From: Eubacteriales bacterium
GTDB taxonomy: Bacteria > Bacillota > Clostridia > Oscillospirales > CAG-272
Assembly (NCBI GenBank): GCA_045540175.1
Contig: JAZQGU010000033.1
Span: 18,539-82,538 of the forward strand
Length of the DNA: 64,000 nucleotides
Reading direction: 5' to 3'
The notes under the pieces are model-generated. The model did no database searches and had not been told where the DNA came from. It saw only the letters and a program-made list of their open reading frames with translations. Positions 19,124 to 28,400 of this stretch are shown piece by piece; position 1 is the stretch's first letter; each line of letters begins with the position of its first letter. The translations under genes and the position numbers were made by a program.

Positions 19124-19765
19124 TTAAAGCTTTGAATATCCGAAGCGGTTTATCAGTGCGTCGATCGGCTGGCCGTTCTTACACATAGGACACTCGTGCG
19201 AAGGGTAGCTGACGTAGTCGTTAAGGTCCTTAAGGTCGAATATCGAATTTACCGGGTATCCCATACATTCGTCGGCGATAGCAAATATCGAACAGACTCC
19301 GACGACGTCGCCGCCGTAGTATCTGATCGCTTCGATAGCACCGCGTGCCGTGAAGCCCGTTACGACCGATGCCGCCAGGATAAGCACGTGGTTACCCCTT
19401 ATCATCGGAGAAATGCTGTCGCGGAAGAGAAGCTGGCTTCCCGAAGTATGTTCGGGGGTCAATACGTTTATTGTCTGATTCGAATTCAGACCAACGAGCG
19501 AGGTCTTAGTAAGCTCGTTTGCGATACAAGCGCCGATAACCTCGGTGCCGTCAAGGCAGAGGATGGTATCGACGATAGTGCTTCCCGTATAATGTGCGGC
19601 GAGCTCTGCGGCAACTGCTTTTGCCTCAGACAAGCGCGTTTTCTGCTTGGTAACGTCTATATAGTAGTTTATATGGCTATGGCTGGTTGCAAAGTGACCG
19701 CGTGCGACGCGGAGATAAAGATTGCTCTTATTGGTTCTGATTTTTGATATATTTTGTGTCGGCAT
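19124..19765 (-). CDS. Phosphoribosyltransferase-fold protein (OPRT-like) with atypical PRPP loop
   Basis: 213 aa with type I PRT fold features. The PRPP-loop position reads VLILAASVVTGFT, lacking the usual acidic pair. C-terminal HECPMCKNG. Confidence 0.65.
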   Translation of the reverse strand: MPTQNISKIRTNKSNLYLRVARGHFATSHSHINYYIDVTKQKTRLSEAKAVAAELAAHYTGSTIVDTILCLDGTEVIGACIANELTKTSLVGLNSNQTINVLTPEHTSGSQLLFRDSISPMIRGNHVLILAASVVTGFTARGAIEAIRYYGGDVVGVCSIFAIADECMGYPVNSIFDLKDLNDYVSYPSHECPMCKNGQPIDALINRFGYSKL

Positions 19766-19841
19766 AAGGATTCTCCTTTTCGCTTTTTCTCAGTATACAT
19801 CATTTTGATAAAAAAATCAATACTTATTTATAATACAGGTT

Positions 19842-20747
19842 TTATGCCCGCGCGAGCATTCGTTTTTTACGCCATTCCTCATTTTGGGCGCGTTTTTTCT
19901 CGTAATACTCGTCGTCCGACTCTTCGCGCTTCGGCATTTTTCTTCCGACTCGGTAGGTGCCGTCTTTATTTTTGATGCAGAAAAGGTACGCCATATACTT
20001 TTCTCCGCACTCGCAGTCGAGCTTTGCCATCAGCTTGCCTCTGCGGCAGGACGCCCACTCTCCGCTATGCAGGAGCTTTCTGCACTCGGGGCAGACGAAG
20101 GTATTGACCTCCTCGTCCTTCAGTATTTCGCTGAATTTCGTGAAGCTTCTGCTGACGGTCGGCAGCTTCGTGCTTCTCGTCAGATCCTCGTACGCAAAGA
20201 AGCCTGCCTCCATATCGAGGTGACGGCAGACGGCGGCGGTGCTGAGCGCGTCGTTTAGCGCGTCGTGCGCCTCAAAGGGCGGCTCGCCGAGGAGCTCCAT
20301 CGCGCTCGTCAGCGAATGCTGGCGTTTTTCCTTCGTTATCTGAGAGTCAAATATCGGTTGAACGTCGTAGTACTGCGGAAGCGATTCCGCGTCCATTCCG
20401 TGGAGGGTCATATTGTCCTTCAGCATCGGGATATCGTCACAGCCCCACGTCAGTATCGCGTATTCCTGTCCGCACCACTTTTTGAAGAAGCCGAACGCGA
20501 GCGGAAATGCGAATCCGCGTCTGATGTCGGAGGTTTTTATGCCCGTCAGCTCTCTGACCTTATAATTCATTATTTTATAGTATCGTGGGGAGATCATTAT
20601 TTTAAAGGTATCGACGGTATTGAATTTTTCGTCGAGCTTCACCGCTCCCAGCTGCACGATCTCACCGCGAAGCTTGACCGGCTCGGTCACGAATTGCTCC
20701 TTCGATATTGCCTGGTTCCATTCAAGGTCGAGGACTATGTACTGCAT
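19842..20747 (-). CDS. DEDDh 3'-5' exonuclease domain protein with C-terminal Zn-ribbon-like region
   Basis: 301 aa. The VLDLEWN (Exo I) and HDALNDALSTA (Exo III, H-x4-D) motifs are present. The C-terminus has CPEC...CECG. Confidence 0.75.
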   Translation of the reverse strand: MQYIVLDLEWNQAISKEQFVTEPVKLRGEIVQLGAVKLDEKFNTVDTFKIMISPRYYKIMNYKVRELTGIKTSDIRRGFAFPLAFGFFKKWCGQEYAILTWGCDDIPMLKDNMTLHGMDAESLPQYYDVQPIFDSQITKEKRQHSLTSAMELLGEPPFEAHDALNDALSTAAVCRHLDMEAGFFAYEDLTRSTKLPTVSRSFTKFSEILKDEEVNTFVCPECRKLLHSGEWASCRRGKLMAKLDCECGEKYMAYLFCIKNKDGTYRVGRKMPKREESDDEYYEKKRAQNEEWRKKRMLARA

Positions 20748-20777
20748 ACTTTTTCCTTGTCTATCTTCTTTTCCCTT

Positions 20778-20812
20778 AAAAAACTCCGTTTTCGGGGAAA
20801 ACGGAGTTTTTT
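20778..20812. terminator. Terminator of glyA (bidirectional hairpin)
   Basis: AAAAAACTCCGTTTT-cgggg-AAAACGGAGTTTTTT. Confidence 0.85.
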
Positions 20813-20827
20813 ATTTTGTCTTTGCTA

Positions 20828-22069
20828 TTAATAAAGCGGGTACTTTTCGCAGAGCTTCTTGACTTCGTTTCTGATATATTCGGCAGAATTTTCGAAGTCG
20901 GATGCCGTGAGCTTGATAAGCTTACCGATAGTTACCATATCCTCTTCCTTGAGGCCTCTTGTCGTTGCAGCGGGAGTTCCTACTCTTATACCGCTTGTGA
21001 TGAAGGGACTCTGAGGATCGTTCGGGATAGCGTTCTTATTTGCCGTGATATGTACCTCGTCGAGGCGGTGCTCCATTTCCTTACCCGTTACGTTAAAGTT
21101 ACGGAGGTCAACGAGCATAAGGTGGTTATCGGTTCCGCCCGACACGAGGTCGAAGCCTTCTTCGATCAGCGTATCTGCAAGAACCTTTGCATTCTTCACG
21201 ATCTGCTCCTGATATGCCTTGAACTCTGGCTTGAGTGCTTCACCGAAGCAGACTGCCTTTGCGGCGATGATGTGGAGAAGCGGACCGCCCTGGATTCCGG
21301 GGAAGATCGCCTTATCTATCTTCTTTGCAAGCTCCTCGCGGCAGAGGATGAGTCCTCCGCGGGGGCCGCGAAGCGTTTTGTGAGTGGTCGTGGTAACGAC
21401 GTCGGCGTAAGGAACGGGGTTCGGATGAAGTCCTGCCGCTACAAGTCCTGCGATATGAGCCATATCTACCATCAGGTATGCTCCGCACTTCTTTGCGATC
21501 TTTCCCATTCTCTCAAAGTCGATAACGCGGGGATATGCCGACGCACCTGCGACGATGAGCTTAGGCTTGACCTCCATTGCCTGCGCTTCGAGCTTATCGT
21601 AGTCGATAAGGTGGGTTTCGGGGTCAACACCGTAGGAAACGAAATTATAATAAAGACCCGAAATGTTCACGGGGCTACCGTGTGTGAGGTGTCCTCCGTC
21701 TGCAAGGGACATACCCATAACGGTATCTCCTGCCTGAAGAAGCGCAACGTATACTGCCGTATTTGCCTGCGAACCGCTATGCGGCTGTACGTTTGCGTGC
21801 TCTGCGCCGAAGAGCTTCTTTGCGCGCTCGCGTGCGATATCTTCAACAACGTCGACCTTTTCACATCCGCCGTAGTAACGCTTTCCGGGATATCCCTCTG
21901 CGTATTTGTTCGTAAGAATCGTTCCTGCCGCAGCCATTACTGCAGGGGATACGAAGTTTTCCGATGCGATAAGCTCGATGCCGTCGCACTGACGCTCGAA
22001 TTCGGCTTCTATTGCCTTTCCGACCTCGGGATCGCATTCTGTAAGATAGCGGAGTGTTTCTTCAACCAT
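20828..22069 (-). CDS. glyA: Serine hydroxymethyltransferase
   Basis: 413 aa from ATG 22069 with GAGGA RBS; the ORF-track start is a TTG 21 nt upstream. [27 protein letters not shown] (PLP-Lys block). Confidence 0.95.
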   Translation of the reverse strand: MVEETLRYLTECDPEVGKAIEAEFERQCDGIELIASENFVSPAVMAAAGTILTNKYAEGYPGKRYYGGCEKVDVVEDIARERAKKLFGAEHANVQPHSGSQANTAVYVALLQAGDTVMGMSLADGGHLTHGSPVNISGLYYNFVSYGVDPETHLIDYDKLEAQAMEVKPKLIVAGASAYPRVIDFERMGKIAKKCGAYLMVDMAHIAGLVAAGLHPNPVPYADVVTTTTHKTLRGPRGGLILCREELAKKIDKAIFPGIQGGPLLHIIAAKAVCFGEALKPEFKAYQEQIVKNAKVLADTLIEEGFDLVSGGTDNHLMLVDLRNFNVTGKEMEHRLDEVHITANKNAIPNDPQSPFITSGIRVGTPAATTRGLKEEDMVTIGKLIKLTASDFENSAEYIRNEVKKLCEKYPLY

Positions 22070-22112
22070 TGCTTTTTCCTCACAATTCAAAAAATATTTC
22101 TCATTGTAACAT

Positions 22113-22141
22113 AGTATATCATATTAACGGATCAAAATCAA
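22113..22141 (-). promoter_or_regulatory. glyA promoter
   Basis: On the minus strand, TTGATT-17 nt-TATACT. Confidence 0.5.
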
Positions 22142-22232
22142 TAAGTTCCCGGGAAAAATTTGTTATCATACCGGGCAACGTTTTGGAGATTTTGACGGGG
22201 TTTTTTGCCCTCAACAACAAAAACACGGCTTT

Positions 22233-22534
22233 AGTAGGTTGAGCTTATGAATAAGCTCAACCTACTTTGAAATCAATTTGCTCCGCAAATTGGTGAAATA
22301 CGACTTGCGTCGTATGAAATAGGCTTTGCCTATGAAATATTTTCTTCGAAAATGTTAAGGATTAAAAATGATCCGTTGCATTTTGCAACGGATCTTTTTT
22401 TACCATAACATGCCCGAAGGGCATATATCATATTGCGATAGCAATATTTCATATTTCCGCAAGGAAATATTTCACATTACCGTCAGGTAATATATCACTG
22501 TGGTTTCGATAATCCCTTATCGCAACCACTTTTT
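22233..22534. repeat. Array of 11 consecutive distinct hairpins joined by TGAAAT / ATTTCA heptamers
   Basis: Stems were verified base by base. H1 22233-22266, H2 22274-22292, H3 22298-22315, H4 22319-22333, H5 22339-22353, H6 22364-22399, H7 22410-22424, H8 22430-22447, H9 22451-22470, H10 22476-22491, H11 22500-22529. Confidence 0.9.
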
Positions 22535-22547
22535 GCCCTGCTTTGAC

Positions 22548-22760
22548 TTATACTATGATCGCATCTGCGAGCTGCGGGTCTATGCTGTACCTGCCGTCCT
22601 TTATCGAGACTGTACAAGCTCCCTTGCGGCGAGATATGACCGTGATCGGCTCGCCCTCGTAGCATCCGAGAGAAAAGAGGAACGCTTCAAGCTCCTCGTC
22701 GCCCGTTTCGATTCCTTTGATTATATATTCTACGCCTTCCTCGGCTGTTCTCAGTGTCAT
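22548..22760 (-). CDS. FeoA-domain protein
   Basis: 70 aa from ATG 22760 with GGAG RBS. MTLRTAEEGVEYIIKGIETGDEELEAFLFSLGCYEGEPITVISRR... fits the FeoA SH3-like pattern. No feoB is adjacent. Confidence 0.7.
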   Translation of the reverse strand: MTLRTAEEGVEYIIKGIETGDEELEAFLFSLGCYEGEPITVISRRKGACTVSIKDGRYSIDPQLADAIIV

Positions 22761-22790
22761 AATTTGCTCCGTTTTGATCACTTGGTTTGA

Positions 22791-22806
22791 GTTAGCCTTT
22801 GCTAAC
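22791..22806. promoter_or_regulatory. Candidate metalloregulator operator in the feoA/dtxR divergent spacer
   Basis: Palindrome GTTAGC-cttt-GCTAAC, which resembles the core of DtxR/IdeR-type boxes. Flanked by two copies of TTTT(G)ATCACTTG. Confidence 0.3.
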
Positions 22807-22859
22807 AGACAGTATTTTATCACTTGATCTGTCATTTGTCAAGAGGTTTTAATATTTTG

Positions 22860-22888
22860 TTGCAAAATTTTGATATCTGTGGTAAAAT
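22860..22888 (+). promoter_or_regulatory. Extended -10 promoter for the DtxR-family gene
   Basis: TTGCAA-17 nt-(TGg)TAAAAT. Confidence 0.5.
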
Positions 22889-22929
22889 GTATTTAATAAC
22901 GGAGCCTCGCTCCGCCAAAGGAGATTACT

Positions 22930-23295
22930 ATGGATCTACACGAATCTGCCGAGATGTATCTCGAAACGATATACGTCCTTTCGCAGAACGGAACCGTACG
23001 AAGCATTGACGTCGCTGAGAAAATGGGATACAGCAAGCCCAGCGTCAGCCGTGCCGTCGGGCTTCTCAAGAACGGCGGTTATCTAACCGTTGACCCTGCC
23101 GGAGGGCTTATTCTGACCGACAAGGGTCTCAGCACCGCAAGGAGCATTTTCGAGCGCCACATTGTTTTGACCGATTTTCTTACAAAGGTCGGCGTAAGTG
23201 AGGAAACTGCCGCACTCGACGCCTGCAAGATCGAGCACGTTATCAGCGCCGAAACTCTTGACGCAATTAAAAAATTTACGGAGAGCAACGCATGA
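22930..23295 (+). CDS. DtxR/MntR family metal-dependent transcriptional regulator
   Basis: 121 aa. ESAEMYLETIYVL, a winged HTH (IDVAEKMGYSKPSVSRAVGLLKNGGYL) and the dimerisation helix region. Confidence 0.85.
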   Translation: MDLHESAEMYLETIYVLSQNGTVRSIDVAEKMGYSKPSVSRAVGLLKNGGYLTVDPAGGLILTDKGLSTARSIFERHIVLTDFLTKVGVSEETAALDACKIEHVISAETLDAIKKFTESNA

Positions 23296-23705
23296 GCGAG
23301 AAGAAAAGGGAGCTTATCAGAACGCTGAAATTCGTTCTGTTTTCCGCGAGTGCGGCGATAATTGAGCTGGCATCGTATGCGGTGTTTTTTGACCTTCTTC
23401 ATTTTGAGGAGTGGCTTGCGCACCTTATTTCTCTTGTTCTTTCGGTGCTTTGGAACTTCACCCTAAACCGCAAGTTTACCTTCTGCTCGGCTAACAACGT
23501 GCCGATCGCCATGCTTAAGGTCGCGGGATTCTATCTCGTCTTCACCCCTCTTTCGACCTGGTGGACTGCTGTGCTGACGGGCTCGAGCGTCGGTTGGAAC
23601 GGGTACGTCGTTCTCATCATTACGATGCTTATCAATTTTGTTACCGAATATCTTTTCGACAGATTTTTCGTTTTCGGAAAGAGCATCGACAGCGCGAAGA
23701 AATAA
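23292..23705 (+). CDS. GtrA family membrane protein
   Basis: 137 aa with 4 TM segments. WNFTLNRKFTF motif. ATGA overlap with the upstream gene. Confidence 0.8.
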   Translation: MSEKKRELIRTLKFVLFSASAAIIELASYAVFFDLLHFEEWLAHLISLVLSVLWNFTLNRKFTFCSANNVPIAMLKVAGFYLVFTPLSTWWTAVLTGSSVGWNGYVVLIITMLINFVTEYLFDRFFVFGKSIDSAKK

Positions 23706-23713
23706 TAAAGGAT

Positions 23714-23790
23714 GAAAAATGATCCGTTGCATTTTGCAACGGATCATTTTTCATTGCGGTTGCGATAATCCCTTATCGCAACCGCTTTTT
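23714..23790 (+). terminator. Tandem terminator hairpins (copies of H6 and H11 of the 22.3-kb array)
   Basis: GAAAAATGATCCGTTGCAtttTGCAACGGATCATTTTTC, then GCGGTTGCGATAAtcccTTATCGCAACCGC-TTTTT. Confidence 0.85.
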
Positions 23791-23814
23791 CCCGCCTGTT
23801 TTTTGTTGTGTAAA

Positions 23815-23930
23815 GGGGATGTTGCAAAGGAAAGTAACATCGTTTCAAAACGGACAGTCGGGGACGCCTGTCCCTACAAACAACGTACCGAAGAATCGTG
23901 ACGCCGTTAGCCTGCCCTTCACCTCGCCGC
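23815..23930. repeat. GC-rich mosaic repeat, locus 4
   Basis: GATGTTGCAAAGG..AACATCGTTT, GGACAGTCGGGGACGCCTGTCCCTAC, AAACAACGTACCGAAGAATCG..GTTAGCC. Overlaps the 3' end of dinB. Confidence 0.85.
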
Positions 23931-25163
23931 CATCATACTGTTTATCTTCCCGAAGCCGAAGCCCTCGCCGACGTCGGAAAGGGACGATGCGTAGAGAAGT
24001 CCGTACCTTATTTTATCCCTGCCGAAACGAATATTTATCTTATCCATAACGGAATCGAGCGTCTCGCGCCTTACGGTGTCGAGGGGATCGGTAAAAAGGT
24101 CGATCTGACAGGGCGATGAAGACGGGATCAGCTCGCTTACGCCGACGGTAACAGACCGAAGCGGTGCGGAGAGGTGGTGCTTTTCGCACATAAGGTCAAA
24201 CGCCCGCTTTGAGATCACGGAACAGCTGTCGGTCGGCATTGAAAGACGGCACTGATACTGACGGGTCTGAAGATTGCAGTCACGGAGCGAAATGCTGACG
24301 GCGGAAGCCTTCTTTTTCAGCGAATGAAGCCGATGCCCAAGCTCCTCGCAGAGAGCGAGCATAACGGTCTTTATCTCCTCGCGGGTGCAAAGATCACGGG
24401 CAGTCGTCGTCCCGTGGCTCATGCTCTTTATAGGCGGTGAATTTTCCTCCGAAACGACAGGTGAACGATCCCTTCCGTTCGCAACTTCAATAAGCGCAAG
24501 CCCGTTTTTTCCGAGCGCACCCTTTATCATAGGCGGATAGGCGTTTGCGATCTGCCCGATCGTGTGGATGCCGAACCGCGCAAGCGTTGCGCTCGTGGCG
24601 GGACCGACGCCCATAAGATTGGAGGCGGGCAGATGCCAGATCTTTTCTCTGAACGAATCGTATGGGATCACGGTCACGGCGTCGGGCTTTTTCATATCGG
24701 AGCCGAGCTTGGCGAACATTTTGTTAAAGGAAACACCGACAGATATCGTAAGCCCAAGCTCCTTTTTTATTCGCTCGCGCACCGTGTTCGCAATCGTCTC
24801 ACCGTCACCGAAAAGAGCATAGCTTCCCGTTACGTCAAGCCAGCATTCGTCGGCACCGAACGGTTCAACGAGATCGGTATAGGAAAGATATATCTCCTTC
24901 GCAAGACGCGAAAAATACATGTATTCGTCGTAATGAGGCTCGATCGTAATGAGATCGGGGCACTTCTGCTTTGCGCGGAGAACGGGTTCACCCGTTACGA
25001 TGCCGTATTTTTTGGCAACGTAATTTTTGGCAAGCACTATCCCGTGCCGCTCCTCAACGCTTCCGCAGACGGCGACGGGGAGTGAAAAAAGCCGAGGATC
25101 CTTACGGCACTCGACGGACGCGAAGAAATTGTTCATGTCACAATGCAAAACCGTTCGTAACAC
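23919..25163 (-). CDS. dinB: DNA polymerase IV (Y-family)
   Basis: 414 aa from GTG 25163, 8 nt after GGAGG; the ORF-track start 25172 overlaps the RBS. LHCDMNNFFASVE, SVEE and the little-finger region are present. Confidence 0.9.
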   Translation of the reverse strand: MLRTVLHCDMNNFFASVECRKDPRLFSLPVAVCGSVEERHGIVLAKNYVAKKYGIVTGEPVLRAKQKCPDLITIEPHYDEYMYFSRLAKEIYLSYTDLVEPFGADECWLDVTGSYALFGDGETIANTVRERIKKELGLTISVGVSFNKMFAKLGSDMKKPDAVTVIPYDSFREKIWHLPASNLMGVGPATSATLARFGIHTIGQIANAYPPMIKGALGKNGLALIEVANGRDRSPVVSEENSPPIKSMSHGTTTARDLCTREEIKTVMLALCEELGHRLHSLKKKASAVSISLRDCNLQTRQYQCRLSMPTDSCSVISKRAFDLMCEKHHLSAPLRSVTVGVSELIPSSSPCQIDLFTDPLDTVRRETLDSVMDKINIRFGRDKIRYGLLYASSLSDVGEGFGFGKINSMMAAR

Positions 25164-25191
25164 TTGTATCACCTCCGAACATATTGTATCA

Positions 25192-25205
25192 CGAACAAAT
25201 GTTCC
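25192..25205. promoter_or_regulatory. LexA (Cheo-type SOS) box upstream of dinB
   Basis: CGAACAAATGTTCC matches CGAACRNRYGTTYC. Confidence 0.7.
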
Positions 25206-25220
25206 GTGTCAATAGGTTTG

Positions 25221-25234
25221 CAAACATTTGTTCG
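25221..25234. promoter_or_regulatory. Second LexA-like box
   Basis: The reverse complement is CGAACAAATGTTTG. Confidence 0.55.
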
Positions 25235-25328
25235 CGGATTTTAACGAGAAATAGCGAAAATGTGAATAATATGTGCAGAATCACCAAAAATCATGAAGAA
25301 AATTTGGGAAGGGGAAATTTTAAATTGC

Positions 25329-25358
25329 TTGACAACTTTCATAAATAAATGCTACAAT
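25329..25358 (+). promoter_or_regulatory. Promoter of the giant secreted-protein operon
   Basis: TTGACA-18 nt-TACAAT. Confidence 0.55.
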
Positions 25359-25408
25359 TATCATGTGAGTTTATGTAAAAACAAACAAATTTTATGGAGG
25401 TAAAATTT

Positions 25409-28400
25409 ATGAAAAAACGCGTACTCTCATTTGTACTGGCGTGTTTCATGGTTGTATCCACTTTCATAATCACAGCGCCTGTTGCTCATGTGCATGCTGC
25501 TGAGACTGAAAGTGAAACCAAATGGACACTGCCGGTAGACTGGACTACCACTGACAAAAAAGATGACGCCGGATACGATCTTCCCGTCAAGGGAAATTGG
25601 GAACTTCGTACCTACCCCGTTCCCGAAGCGGGTGTAACCGGCGGCGACATCTTCAAGGTCGCTAATAAGACCGGCAGTGGCGTTCCGTATCTCGCATCCC
25701 CCGCAAACGAAGCTCTTAAAGGCAACAATAATATGAAGAGCTGGTATCTTAACTGGGGTGCTAGATGGAGCGAAGTCGGCGGCGCATTTGTTCCTTGCAC
25801 GCTTGATGGTCTCGCTTGCGTTACCACCAACGTACATTCCGGACCTACTGCCGTTGCGTTCACCGCTCCCGCAGACGGAAAATATTCCTTTAAGGAAGCT
25901 CTTACCGTTACGAACTTCCAGTCGTCTAATGGTACTACTCTTTCCATCGCAGCACTTGCGATGAAGGTTTCCGACGGTGTTGTTACCGTTCTTGACAACT
26001 TCACCTCTTCTACAACTGAAGCAAGCGCAGACGAGCTTACCGGTACAGTTGTACTCAAGAAGGGTGACGTTCTCCTCTTCGGATTCTACAATGCTCTCGA
26101 CGAGAAGCCCTCTTTCGTAAACAATGCAACAACCGAAAAAAACTACTACGGTTGCTACATCACCGAGCTTGTTGTTGAAAAGCTCCCCTTCGAATACATC
26201 GAAGGTCTTAACCAGTGGAATCTCCCCGTTGACTGGAGAGAGACCGACCTTAAGAATGCTGACGGTTGGGAAATCCCCGTAAAGGGCAACTGGGAACTCC
26301 GCTCCTACGCAAAGGCAGGAACCGCACCCGAAGATAACTTCAAGGGCGATAAGATCGGCGTTAACAATACCGCTGAATCGACCGGATCCCCCCAGCCTTT
26401 CCTTGCAGGTTACAAGTACAATGCTAACATGGGACCCGCTGCATGGTATCTTAACCACGGCGCAAAGTGGAGCGAGGTAGGCGGCGCTATCAAGGGCGCA
26501 ACCTATAACGGCACTACCGTTGTTTCTCCTAACGTTCACAACGGCCCCGTAGCTATCGCATTCACTGCTCCCGCAGACGGAAACTATTCCTTCAAGGAAG
26601 CTCTTACCGTTACTAACTTCAAGTCTTCTAACGGCACCCTCCTCTCCATCGGAGCACTCGTAATGAAGGTTTCCGGTGATGAACTCACAGTTCTTGACTC
26701 CTTTGTTTCTTCCACCACCGAAGCAAGCAATGGCGTTCTTGAAGACAAAATCGCACTCAAGAAGGGCGACGTTCTTCTCTTCGGATTCTACAATGCTCTT
26801 GACGAGAATCCCGCATTCGTAAACAACGCAGCAACTGAAAACCAGTTCTATGGCTGCTACATCACCGAGCTTGTTGTTAAGCAGCTCCCCGATGAACCTG
26901 TAGAAGGCATCAACCAGTGGACAATGGCTTCTAACTGGGCTAAGGATCTTGACGTAGATTCTAACGGTTGGGAACTCGCTTCGAAGAATAACGGCCTCTG
27001 GCGTTTGACTTCGTTTGAAGATCTCAGCGATATCACGACAATGAGAAACAACGCTTCGACTGCTAAGGCAGAATCCGGCGTTGGAAACGATAAGACCCCG
27101 TACTCCTACATCGAATCCAGAAACAACAGAGCGTTGCTTGTTAACGGCGTTGCAGAGGATTGGAACGGCTGGTATGTCAACTACAGATACCGTTGGCAGA
27201 AAATGGCGTTCAGCTCCGGCAACAACTCTACCTTTATCAGAGTTTACCCCGGTAACAGCTACAACAACCCGGCAGCAGTATTTACTGCTCCTGAGGACGG
27301 ATACTATAGCTACACCGAAACAGTTAAACTCGTTCTCGCGGATTCCGTAGTAGCTGTTAAGGTTCTCAAGAACGGCACCGTACTTGAGACCGCTACTCCT
27401 ACCGCAGACGGCATTACTGTTAGCGGCGGAGTTGAGCTCGCTAAGGGCGATCTCCTTATGTTCGCATTCGTACACGAGAGCGGTACTGCACCTGCTGATA
27501 ACAACCCCGCGCTTGAGCTCAGCAACGTAGTTGTTGCTCTTGCAGAAGCTCCCGCAGCTCCCGAATTTACTCCCGTTGAGCACACCCTCCCCATGAACTG
27601 GATGGAGACCGAGAAGATCCTTGGTTGGTACGTTGCTAAGCAGGGTAACTGGCACCTCACCTCTTACACTAATCCCGACGACATCACCACCTCTACTTGG
27701 AAAGAGCCTACCGCCGAGTTCGCAGGCGCACACAATGTTGCTATCGAGCCCGCACCTTGGCTTGAAAACAAGCAGCTCAATGCAGGACGTGATACGTTCT
27801 ACATCAATCCCGGCGCACGTTGGCAGGGTGTTACCATCTTCCAGTCCGGCGATCACACCACCAATATGCGTGTTATCCCCTCCAAGGGTACTAACCCCTC
27901 TGCAGTATTTACTGCTCCCGCAAGCGGCACATACACCTTCAGCGAAAAGTTTAACGGTGTAAACTACGGCCCCGGTGGCGGAGCTGCTACCGGCAGTATG
28001 ACCGACTCTAACGGCGTTGCCATCGAAGTTATCGCAACCGTAAGAAAGAACGGCGAAGTTCTTAAGACCTTCAAGGTTACAAACGACAACCGTGAAGGAC
28101 TCCTCGAAGGAACCGTTGACCTCACCAAGGGCGACGTTCTCTCCTTCGTCTTCACTCTCGCTACCGATGCTACTATCGCTAACCACGATAGCTTCCTTTA
28201 CATCGGCGAAACCAAGGTTACTCAGATCAGCGAAGTTGCTGACGAGCCTACCGATGATCCCGACGAGCCTATCGTTGATCCTACCATCAAGGGCGACGTT
28301 CAGCTCCCGATCATCTTTGACGGAACCTCCCTCAAGGATAAGCTCGGACTTGTAGAACTCATGGGCCACGGCGCAAACGGCATCTACAAGGAAAATATGG

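Noticed and set aside
22070-22240. Riboswitch or leader (ZTP/THF/T-box) upstream of glyA
   Set aside because: The leader from the predicted promoter (22113-22141) to the start codon is only about 40 nt. It lacks the conserved cores of these elements.
22233-22266. H1 hairpin as a DtxR/IdeR operator (arms contain TAGGTTGAGC, resembling TTAGGTTAGCCTAACCTAA half-sites)
   Set aside because: The arms are 15 bp long and separated by a 4-nt loop, which is not the contiguous 19-bp operator geometry. H1 lies about 700 bp from the dtxR-family promoter. The resemblance is limited to about 7 of 9 positions of one half-site.
22233-22534. CRISPR array
   Set aside because: The only reiterated unit is a 6-7-nt heptamer. 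The 'spacers' are themselves perfect palindromes of 15-36 nt. There are no 24-48-nt direct repeats and no cas genes in the window.
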